From contig CM039004.1 in assembly GCA_017499595.2 (NCBI GenBank), positions 124,001-188,000 of the forward strand: a stretch of 64,000 nucleotides of DNA. The letters are read 5' to 3'. This DNA is from Psilocybe cubensis (lineage: Eukaryota). Below, piece by piece: positions 1 to 10,348 of the stretch. Positions within the stretch are counted from its first letter, which is position 1. The number at the start of each line of letters is the position of its first letter. Made by a program: the position numbers and the translations under genes. The notes under the pieces were generated by a model. The model searched no databases. It saw only the letters and a program-made list of their open reading frames with translations, and was not told where the DNA came from.

Positions 1-882
1 TGTCTTCTGAACTCCCCATTGCCGTCATCGCCTTTGCATAAAAGGAGACCGGGAAGTAAGGTTCAAATGTAGGCGTATGTAATACGTTCGGTCTTATTTC
101 AAGTTGTCGTGTTTGGGAATATTGCGATTTCAGATATTTTTGGATTGTGTAGTGGTTTGGGTGATGGATGCGACCGCCTTTGATTGAGCTGATGCGGTTG
201 ATTTCGGATATCGCCGGCTGATACATCCCCTGCTTCGTTTCCGGGGGTCTCCGTCTTTCTGCCACTCCTCTGAAAGCACTCGGAATATCCACACAATACA
301 CCTCTCGTCAATACTCCAATCGTTTGGAACACGCAGTCAAATATGTGCAGTTCAATGTAACGGTTTCTCGTTTCTCGCCTGACAGACTGCGTTTGTGATG
401 GGGTTGGGATAATGGGAGGAAGCACAACGAGGTAGAACAGGTGATGTATTCACATTTATGTTTTCTCGAGACGCGCCATGTGCACAAATTGATTTTGTCT
501 TTCTCTGCATGAGCCAGCCGAGCTATGCCTATCGTGGTTCTCACTGTTCCTGTCAACTCACCTGATCCCCTTTATGTTCGCTATACCCCAACAGAATCAC
601 CATCCCCGTGTCCTCTCCTACACACCACACCCTCATCGTGTAAATTGGGATAGGAAATTGCTTACAGGAACTGTACCTTCACCACACCGACTCACATCCA
701 CCCATTCGGTTATGCAGCTGATCTTCGTATGGTTAAGCATACTCTCCTTTGAAAATGCTTACTTATCCCGGACTTTCTACTGGCTGTGCAATGCTACGCT
801 CATACTGTTGGCTCTTCGCGCTTCTATCTTTCTGCTATGTCTTGTCTCCTGCACCGAATTACTGACCTATTTCGCTTAGACA

Positions 883-1269
883 TGTTGTAACGGACCCTCG
901 TGTTATAACCGTTCATCCTCCCCAACCTAAATACGCTCATATCTGCTAACCAGTAACCCGCGTTTCCAACGGCGCTTTTATAGCGATTGAAGTCTAGTCA
1001 ACGAGAAGTGGTCACCTGCATCCACACGTGTATGCGTATAGGGTCTTGTCCGTGATATCGTGTCGAACCTCGACGCAGACTTGGACACGGACCACAGCCA
1101 CGGGAACCTGCAGTGAGTCATTGTCCTTGTCCACTTCTTTCTCTCCGCTTTCCATTTCTCTAGCCAACCTCTCCGCTTTCCATTTCTCTAGCCAACCGTA
1201 AAGTATATCACATTGCTTCCCATTGACCTTCCCGCTACTTTCGTTGTTTGTTGTAAAGTATCTAGTACA
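883..1269. mobile_element. Possible degenerate solo LTR
   Basis: 387-bp segment bounded by TG (883) and CA (1269), flanked by AGACA (878-882) and AGACC (1270-1274), a 4/5 match to a 5-bp TSD. There is a TATAAAA on the minus strand near 975-982 and an internal 28-bp duplication. No second copy in the window. Confidence 0.2.
1141..1196. repeat. Perfect 28-bp tandem duplication
   Basis: CTCTCCGCTTTCCATTTCTCTAGCCAAC at 1141-1168 and again at 1169-1196. Confidence 0.95.
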
Positions 1270-1301
1270 AGACCTCCAGGAGCTGGTGGGACTATCCAAC
1301 G

Positions 1302-2498
1302 CTAGTTCCTACTGTTGACCGCTAACCTCGAATGCTGGATTTTTGATTCGTTTGAGAGGATTAGCGACGGGTTAGTTATCGAATATGCATCCGTGTCATC
1401 CGTTCCTGATATAGTAATGCGGGCAACGAGAATTGTTGGTGCAATTGCCTGCAGGCCTCAAACAGCTTAGTACAATCAAAAGTTGTTAACTTATCAACAT
1501 TTGATTACGCACCGCAATAAATATGACAAATCTCTCTGCATACAAAAGGTATTCCTGCTCTACGCAAGACATTCTTACTAGTATATGCTCGATATTCACT
1601 ACCTGATGTTGATATATGCTGTCATCTTCACCGTTAAATAGGACTGCTCGTATAGCCGTTAAAATTGCATAGAAAAGTAAGGAAGCTGCATGTAGAAAGC
1701 TTGACTCCAAAACAACTCGGAGGATATGGGATAGACGTGTTTCATGTTTTCGGAAACTGACTCTGGAGACCATATGAATTCTGTAAGCGATGAGGGATGA
1801 TACGATGACCGTGGCTATAAAGGAAATGTATATAGAAATCAATAACCAGATAATGGCCGTTGTCGCAGATCCAATTGAGAATAATACTGCATATGAAAGG
1901 TTGAGAGACTTAGAGTGCATATGATTTAAAACCTACCGATTTCCAGAACCACTAGCACAAAGGGTAAAGCAATAACACGTTTGGACATTCCCCAAATATA
2001 GTAGCACCTCCAGAGCTGTTAAGGAGGTTGTCAAACAGTTTGTGATTTCAATGTAGTATTTGCTTACTAGCAGCACGTCAGCCACAGCCAGTATCCCATA
2101 GAACGAAATGAAGTTGGTGAATTCCCGTAGTATTGTAATGTATCCAAGTCGGAAGGCGGGTTGCAGAGATAATTGCTCCACTAGAGATAAGAAATATAGA
2201 ACCGAAATGGAACCAATGACCATCTTAGAACGGAAGTTGCCAGATTTTTTTGAAACTGAGGACAAATACGGCTTTCGGATGAGCATCATTCATTTATCAA
2301 CCTCCTTATGGAGCCAGACGTACTGTATATGCGTAATGTTCCTAGGTATACTACCGTGTATATTCCTATCAATTTAAAGATCGATCAGAAATCTTCCGGG
2401 TGCTGTATACCGTACCCACCATTCAAAAGACTACAAATCATGGTGGAGTTCAGCGGTGCTGAAGGGCTTACGATATTGCAATCCACAAGGCCTGGCAT
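1302..2498 (-). CDS. Multi-pass (about 6-7 TM) membrane protein of an expanded Agaricales family; 6 exons
   Basis: Spliced with GT-AG introns: MPGLVDCNIVSPSAPLNSTMICSLLNG/IYTVVYLGTLRIY/..VIGSISVLYFL..ADVLL/LWRCYYIWGMSKRVIALPFVLVVLEI/..SSLIAYRIHMVS..ILRVVLESSFLH../AIAPTILVARI..NSRN*. The motifs ADxxLxWRC, ES and PTIxVARI are shared with the paralog at 36092-37197. Confidence 0.8.
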
Positions 2499-5190
2499 TT
2501 CCTATCGAAAGATTTCTGGGGCGCTGAAAGGGTAATGAACTTGCAACATCAGACCATTATATAAATCTTCGATAGCTTGATATTGATGTTCCGTGGGGCA
2601 AAATAATAATGTGATATCGCGATCTTTTGCTCGGATCGCAGCCCTGTTCGCTTTTAAGCCATGGTGATTGTGTCACTACATGTTTCAAGAGCAACAGCTG
2701 TGCTGCTTATACAACGACTACAGTCACACCTAATCTATCGTACAGTAACTATTGTGAAATTATTTGTGAGGATTTAAATAAGAGTTGATTAAACTGATGA
2801 TATCTGGAGCACCATTATACATCTGCCTAGTTGCAACGCATGGCGAAGGCCGTATGCCAATGAAAATTATCTCCGAAGACATAACCACTTTAAACAGAGT
2901 TGGCCGAGTAGCTGAGTCGCATGGCGTACCCTGTAGCTCTATGTGCTGTATATTCGACATTTTTTCTCATGGCGCTGAGCTTGCAGGGCAACGAAGGCCT
3001 TAAATGATCACCCAACCTCGTCATCAGCATCACAGGAAACCCTTATGGGCCCGAACTCATGGACGCACCAAAAGCGCCCGTAATACCATTTTCTCTTCCT
3101 GCGCTCTAAGCGAACCCTCACCCTGGCGCACGCGGTCGTGAAGGGCTGCAGGGTTCCTTTGCGTTGTCTGGATATTTGCCTGGAACTCTGAGATGAAGGG
3201 AGAAGACATGCGTGGTTCTATAGACACGGTGGATGGTGAAGGGGGGGAAAGTCGCCTGGTCGGTTGAAGTGGTAGTAGGTAGCTAATGTCGATGTCGAAT
3301 CAGCACTGGTTACGTTCGGCAACAGTCGGCGATGCGGCCGAGAAAATTTGCCGGGTCATGCCGTTTCAGGTTCAAGTTGCGTTTTTGCAACCAACAGCGC
3401 GATTCTGCACAACATCGACGTTGCGCATCCCTACCGCCAATTCACGCTTGGTAGTCCTCCTTGCCATCAATTTGGTTTCCTCTCCCCTCTCCTTCCCCCG
3501 CCTGCTCGCATTCAATGCCCAGGCACCCTTAGATAGGGCGTCGTCAAACCCGTCAAAAACCGATATACTCGCAGATGTCAACCAAGAGGGTGAGATAGAG
3601 TGTATGAGAATCAAGAGCCTCGATTCTAGCGAGTGCATATATGCGCGTCAATGGGCCATGGAGGCATGGAAGCGTACGCGTGTTGAGTGAATTGGGGTAT
3701 TGGGTGTTGATAAAAATGAAGTAAGTGCGTTGGGTTTTGAGAAGCGGAGCGGTGTGGTTTTTCTTGGGTATATCGGGTGCGTAGTCAGGCGTAGTCCAAG
3801 CGCCATCCTGCTGTGACAATCTGTGCTGTTGACCATTTGTTCGTGTTACTGCCGTTTTTGCTTTACAACACATCGTAACTTGGCCGACACTTGCAACCGC
3901 ACCCAGGCCCGGCGAGCTCAGACTCGACATCACCCTCCACTTCATAACCCGGGTTTTTGCCAGATGATCCATCAGATGATTCGACAGTCAATGCGTACGG
4001 TGTTGATTAGAGTGCGTCTTTCTCTCAGATTTGGTTCGGTGAGTGTATTCTACATTGTCATATCTTATCCCGCACCGGGACTCTGTATGACTCTCCAGAT
4101 CTATGACTACCTCTCTCTCCTATACTCTCACTGTGAATTCCCCTTCTTCCAGACATTTAAAAGCACCACGCTACCGCTCATTGCAGTGTAAATCCCCGTA
4201 TCAATCCCTTCCCATTGTGCCGCCTTCTGCTCTCTACTCCTCTTGTTTAGTCCAACATTGGGTCCTTTTGTTATATGCTTCCCTGCCGCACCTGTGCGTC
4301 TTCCTTCTCTGGATTCTCAACGCCTACTCGGACAACGTCGGCGAGGGTTTTGTTCGGCCAAAAGAGAAACCCGATCATCACGACGAGGTGTTAGAAACCC
4401 CTATGTTTCGTTCCTCGTCAGCGAGTCGTGCTGCGGGTGACATTAGAACATTTGATTGGCCTATGTCCCCTGCTTTCTCTGACATCACATACTCGGATAT
4501 ACAGTTCAATGTAATTGTTTCATTGTCTATCAAACCGGATTTGACACAGTTTCTCACAGGATAGGAAACTCGAGGGAAAATGACGACAAAATGTATGCCT
4601 GGCTTATATAATATCTTTGATGCCAGCAGTGCCAGCGGTGCCAGCAAATTTCGAACATCGATAAACTCTCAAGCTACCACCATTGGCCAATTTTCCCGAA
4701 TACTATTTACTATCGTATCCAGGAATACCAACGTGTTCAGTCGTCCACCATGGTAAGGGATCGCCAAAAAAAAACTATGATTATTCAATGCTACAGCTGA
4801 TCATAGCATTATTAACAGGACAACGAAGCCTATCTTTATGGGCTGAGAACTTCATTCAACATGTTTGTCGGTGTCCTCTTGCTGTCATTCATCATAACTT
4901 TGTTGACGACTTTACCTGGGACAATTCAAGAGGAGTGAGACATCTCTACGGTACCCGAGAAACCGTGCGTTTTCAATTGTGGGCGGTCTGCAGAGAACTT
5001 ATCAAGAGTTCGTATTCAGGAGACCTCAACGCTGACTTCGATCCTGAAAGTGAACACAGACTATATTTATGTTAATCTGCCACAGAATTAATAACTATAT
5101 TCCTTGGGAAAGGTTACCTCATACAAAGTATGTATTCTTGCCAAATTCAACGATTAATATTACCTATTCAACCTGGTAGACACCGACGAC

Positions 5191-6810
5191 ATGGTTTCCA
5201 GCTTCATCAGGAATACGATACCTCTACGTCTGATAAAAACAGACACTCTGGAGTTTGTCACACCCTATGAGGTACAGCAGGAGGCAATGGATGGTATCCG
5301 GGCGGCCATCGCAGCACAGCTCAGATATGCGCTAGAGAAAGTAGCCGCCACGTCGGACTTTGAGCCTGAAGCGCAGGACATAATCGACGTTCTCGAGGGC
5401 CTCGTAACGGGAGCTGTAAAGGAGACCGTACGCTACTCGATTCTGTCCCATCGATGGGACGCAGGTGAGCTTGATATGAAAGATATGCATGTCATCTCAA
5501 AGATCACATTGGCGGACATCCAACATGTCAAGAATTCTTCTTCAGGACTTGTGCCAAAGGAGAGCCTGTTGACGGCTTTAGCAAAAGCAGCTTTGAATGC
5601 ACCACTTGAAGACTCAGATGTACCAAAACAACCTATAATTGATGCGCTCAAGTGTCTCGTGGAAGATCCTAAATTTGGTGCGTTAAATAATGGTCCGTCT
5701 ACGCGATTCAATGGATTCCACAAGCTGGTTCATTTTTGTTATGTTTCTCTCAATGAACATGGACACAAATACGCATGGATAGACACGTGCTGCATCGACA
5801 AGACCAGCAGTGCAGAGCTCGACGAATCCATCCGGTCCATGTTCAAGTGGTATCTGCAGTCGAGCATGTGCATAATTCACCTTGGGAGGTCAGCGTGTGG
5901 CTCAGGTGCAGGAAAGAAAGATGAGCCAGATGATTGGACATCTGACCCGTGGTTTACGAGGGGATGGACGCTGCAGGAGCTGTTGGCTCCCAAAGCTGTC
6001 AAATTCTATGACGCAAACTGGGAGAGGCTTACAGATGACCTGAACGATAAGGCACTGCCTGTCATTAGTGGCATCGGCAGCGACTCCGACTCGATATTGC
6101 AGATAGTTTCGAGGATCACATCCATTCCAATTCCCGATCTAGTTGGATTTACGCCTGGAAAGGACAACATTCGCAACAGGCTGCGTTGGGCATCGAACAG
6201 AAAAACGACACGGGTGGAAGATCAGGCATATTGCTTGCTGGGTATCTTCGATGTGGACATGTCAATCGCATATGGGGAGGGCGACAACGCATTTCACAGA
6301 TTACAAGTCGCCATTATCGGAGAATCGAGTGATCGCAGCGTCTTCCTATGGGGCGGACGGCATTCTAGAAAGTCAACGATGCTCGCAAAAGAGCCCGCCT
6401 GCTTCGCGTGGCCATATCCCGTGCTCATGCATGATTTTGATGAGTCACAGAGGGATTCTTCAATCGACCCAACTTTCATGCTTACCAACCACGGCTTGAA
6501 AATCGCTGTATCGCTGTACAACGAACATTTTACACGGAGATGGCTCCTTGATTCGCATGAGAGTTATCGACCACGGAATGTACCACCGCAACTGGATATG
6601 CTAGCTTCTCAGGACTATAGGTTGGCGGTTTTGGGTTACAGCAAACCCGGTGGAAGAGAGAAGCGGGGGGCGCCCGCCGTTGCCGTTGTGATGCTTTTAT
6701 TGAGGGTTGAGTCGGTGAACAATGTATACTACACAAGGCACCCATTGGTTCCACAGCTTGGATATTTCATGGAACCACCCGGCGCCCCTGAAGTCATATT
6801 TATCAGATAA
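5191..6810 (+). CDS. HET (heterokaryon incompatibility, PF06985-type) domain protein; may have additional 5' exons around 4750-5127
   Basis: 539-aa ORF with the hallmark HET motifs YSILSHRW, WIDTCCIDKTSSAELDESIRSMFKWY, WFTRGWTLQELLAP and RLRWASNRKTTRVEDQAYCLLGIFDVDMSIAYGEG. An intron-like GTATGT..TAG (5128-5179) lies just upstream. Confidence 0.93.
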   Translation: MVSSFIRNTIPLRLIKTDTLEFVTPYEVQQEAMDGIRAAIAAQLRYALEKVAATSDFEPEAQDIIDVLEGLVTGAVKETVRYSILSHRWDAGELDMKDMHVISKITLADIQHVKNSSSGLVPKESLLTALAKAALNAPLEDSDVPKQPIIDALKCLVEDPKFGALNNGPSTRFNGFHKLVHFCYVSLNEHGHKYAWIDTCCIDKTSSAELDESIRSMFKWYLQSSMCIIHLGRSACGSGAGKKDEPDDWTSDPWFTRGWTLQELLAPKAVKFYDANWERLTDDLNDKALPVISGIGSDSDSILQIVSRITSIPIPDLVGFTPGKDNIRNRLRWASNRKTTRVEDQAYCLLGIFDVDMSIAYGEGDNAFHRLQVAIIGESSDRSVFLWGGRHSRKSTMLAKEPACFAWPYPVLMHDFDESQRDSSIDPTFMLTNHGLKIAVSLYNEHFTRRWLLDSHESYRPRNVPPQLDMLASQDYRLAVLGYSKPGGREKRGAPAVAVVMLLLRVESVNNVYYTRHPLVPQLGYFMEPPGAPEVIFIR

Positions 6811-8168
6811 TACCATTGGATGAAATTATCAGTGGATAACTATGCATCACGATATCACGATCAAGTGAGTGTCCTTGAGATTTAATCCACTACTTTTTGT
6901 ACTGTGTAACCATCCGCAATGACGGTCAAACTACCTAATCAATGATTTTGCACAAACGAGGGTTCTACAAATCAGTGCGGGCCATGGGAACTGGAGAGGG
7001 TGGTGTCGACTCTGTGCTATCGTAGGATGAATTGGAATGGGAAACGGCGAGAACACAAACAAAATAAATTCCACTCTTGGCTTACGCACACACACGCTCG
7101 TGAAGATACTACCCTTCTAAACCCACGCCCCTGCTCCGCTGGTGTTTTGGGAGTTATGCATTCAGGTTTTTCAAGTGCGTCTGTCTCTGGCTCGGGTGAT
7201 CCAACAGGGGTAAGGCTGGAGGAAGGATCGCATGAAGAAGCAAAGAGTGAGTGGTGCAGCACTGGAGGAAGAAGGTACGGATGACAACGACGAGACGATT
7301 TACAAGCACGCGGCTGCGCAGCCTGCAGACGAGGGTACTTACAAATGGATGTACTGAAGCTACTACTCTCAACGTCGCATAAAAACAGGGTTGTTAGCTC
7401 AACCTTCATTGAACCAACTGATGCAGGAGTAATGCATAAGTACCATGATTGGAACAGTTACTGCGGACTTTGGAAACACGCTTCCGTTCAGAAACAACGT
7501 AGCTCTAAAAACAATTTCTCCGTGAGCGTTTTCATGAATGCAATATCGTCTGCAAGGTTTCTGGTGGAGTTCGTTGTTCGTAATATACTGTCATAATACA
7601 TCGGACGATTTAATTTACCGTCGTAGCTCTCAATTCAGGCAGTCTGTCTGTTACTTAAGACTTGAGTAAGGCAAGTAGTCTAAGTCTGAAGTAACACTGA
7701 TAGCCCAGACCTACATGCCGTTGATAATAGCTCCCGCGGGCCCTGCAAGGTCCGTTCTTTCAAATAGATAACATTTGGGGTGGAAGAGATACCTCAGCAT
7801 CTTCGGGATCGACTCTAACCATGACGTTTAACCTGAAGTCTGATTTTGGCTCAGTTGTCAATATATGGCATGGATGCATGGAATAAACTATTGTACATGC
7901 AAGCCTCATTCAGACATATTAGTAACTATTGGACCAAATTGGGAAGATAGGCGCAGATTCTAGAAACCAGCTCTAATCCTTTCATTACAGCTTGAAGTTA
8001 AGAAGTCTTTGTCCTCGGCAAAACGAGTCTAAGTAGAGCGGAAATTAATCGCAAGTCATCACCGAGACTTGATCCTGACAACCAAGTTAGATGCCTGGTG
8101 AGCGTTAAGTATTGACTCAAACCAAAATGGAGGGAACCTCGTGACGGTGGCCTAGGAGGGTAGAACAG

Positions 8169-8175
8169 TATAAAA
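8169..8175 (+). promoter_or_regulatory. TATA box of the 8254-9177 gene
   Basis: TATAAAA about 85 bp upstream of the ATG at 8254. Confidence 0.5.
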
Positions 8176-8253
8176 GATTGGCTGTATCATGGATGCTGAA
8201 CATTCAGAACTCGACTCTTCAGCCAGTCATACAACCAGGTATCTCAAATAGCT

Positions 8254-9177
8254 ATGTCTGACTCGGTGAATATTGTATTCTATATGCCCTCTGGGTTCAT
8301 TGCCTAATTTGTGTTTTGAATGTAGGAATCGGGTACCCCAGCCATTGAGATTCCTGGCCTCGAAGAGTTTCTTGCGCGCGTCTGTCTTTCTCTACCATAT
8401 TGATGGCTTGAGAATTAACAATTTTTATCCCAGCTTAAAGAGCCTAACGACGCTGATAATGTAGGAGTTTCTACATCCCTCCATGTTAATTCGATGTGAT
8501 CTAACAGTCAAAACCTCCACATGTACCCCCACTAGCTCGAGTATCTGGTATCGAACCAAAATTCTGCACGTCTATTCAATAAAGCTAACGGAATAATTGA
8601 TATTTTGTAATAAAGAGCATTCTTCGCGCCAGCAGGCAGAACAGAGTGGACGACCGCATAGCGTATGTCGCCTGGGAGCACGAGTCAGCCGTGATGGCCC
8701 GCCTCGGAGTTCGCTAAATCACCAAAGAAGGCAAACTTTCGGAAACTAAAACGGCATTCACCTACGAAGCCCGGCCCAGGCATTGGAACGTGAACCTTTC
8801 CAGGTTTAACATACCACCTGGAAGCACCGTGAGTCTCTTTTGGTCAACGTAGCGAAGATCACACTTGTTGATTTTATTAGATTCAAATTGTGTCGGACAC
8901 TATGTGGGGAGGTACTTGTGAGTGTGCAGCAAATCGTCCAGTTGTGTTACCTTGGGTGTAGTGTGTTAAATTAAGTATACATTTTGTAGTGGCGGTTGCA
9001 AACCAGTGGCATACATACGACCCAACGGCGTCTCCGGACTATTGTGCTCATTACAAGAGGTGAGGTGAACTTCCTTCTTATGTTGCAGAAAGACAAGCTT
9101 AGATCGGTTGCACACGTAGTTCGGGGACACTAGGACTGCAGAAGCGGAAGTTCAGGGGGTACAGAGGCCCGTATTAG
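8254..9177 (+). pseudogene. 8-exon small beta-rich protein gene with one in-frame stop
   Basis: GT-AG splicing gives MSDS/ESGTPAIEIPGLEEFLAR/LKEPNDADN/LEYL/SILRASRQNRVDDRIAYVAWEHESAVMARLGVR*ITKEGKLSETKTAFTYEARPRHWNVNLSRFNIPPGST/IQIVSDTMWGGTL/AVANQWHTYDPTASPDYCAHYKS/SGTLGLQKRKFRGYRGPY*. Intron phases are consistent; the only break is TAA at 8715-8717. Confidence 0.7.
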
Positions 9178-9448
9178 TCCGTTGTGACCTTTTGATTATG
9201 TATAGAGGCCGTTGTACCAATCTTCATGCACGAGAGTGCTTAAATCCACACGAGTTTATAAGATGCGTTTACAAACCACAGATTGTCTTGTGTGATTATT
9301 AGTTTCTGTGTCTCTTGAATCGGCATTGCAATAATGGCAAGAAAGCTTATTTATTCAGAAAATCTTTAAACACGACGAGCAACCGTGTCCCCACATTCTT
9401 CTAAAAGGAACCAAGGCGCGGAGAAGCCCTGTACAGCCACTGTAAAAC

Positions 9449-10348
9449 TTAAAAGTCACTTCCGTTGGAGCCTGGGTCGAAGCGCCATGAGCCACACAGG
9501 TCGGTTTCGAATCCTCCCTTCACACAAAGTTAGACATGATCAATAAGATATCAATATCCACCAACCTGTTTCCCATTCTCTCCATCAGTATTGCATCTGT
9601 CAACAGGTAGTCTGAGGAGTCTGTTGCAGTTGCTATCTACTTTAAACGAGCAACTTGAGAACAAGATGTCAATGAGTCTTCGAGCGACATGAAGGAAGTT
9701 TTGACGCACCCGTTTATAGCCTGCCCGCTGACTAGGATGGTGAATGATCCATAATTGTAGCGCGCCTAGTAAGACAATGAAACCAAGTTACATCTGCACA
9801 GTTGACGAGAGGATTTACCCAAATAATAGCACCGTTTTTTACAACTTGGCCAATGGCGTGGTTGCTATAGACATTTTCTTCAGCACACACATTCTATACT
9901 CTATATTTTATGTTTTGACTTACTTGCACCAATCGTCAATTACAGAGGTAGCGGGTGCCCTGTCAACCTAACAATGGAAGTAGCATCGACATTCGATTTA
10001 ATAAAATGGAAAGATGAATGCGCACTTGTGTGCCCGTATCGTAGCATGTAACAACCTCTGCTCCATTTCGTTTTGCCAAAGTAACATTACCTGGAATACT
10101 TTCTAAAGAAGAGACGATAAGTTCTCAAAGCACATCTAGTTTCCACATGTTGTATCTTACCACCAGGCAAAGTGATCCCAGTCTCGACGGAAATCCACTG
10201 CAACGGACAGCTGTAAATTGACATTATCTGTCAAGCTGAAGTTTTCACGTACCTTGTCGGCAACGTTGGGAGCTCTCGGGACTGCAGTTGCGTATGCAGA
10301 AGCGAAAACATTTGCAGCTGCAACGATGAAGCCCAGTTGAAACTTCAT
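9449..10348 (-). CDS. Small secreted cysteine-rich protein (about 150 aa, 8 exons; signal peptide, KR-ended propeptide, 6 Cys)
   Basis: Spliced: MKFQLGFIVAAANVFASAYATAVPRAPNVADK/WISVETGITLPG/GNVTLAKRNGAEVVTCYDTGTQ/VDRAPATSVIDDWC/NNHAIGQVVKNGAIIW/ARYNYGSFTILVSGQAING/CSFKVDSNCNRLLRLPVDRCNTDGENGKQ/GGFETDLCGSWRFDPGSNGSDF*. TATAAAA on the minus strand at 10452-10458. Confidence 0.85.
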
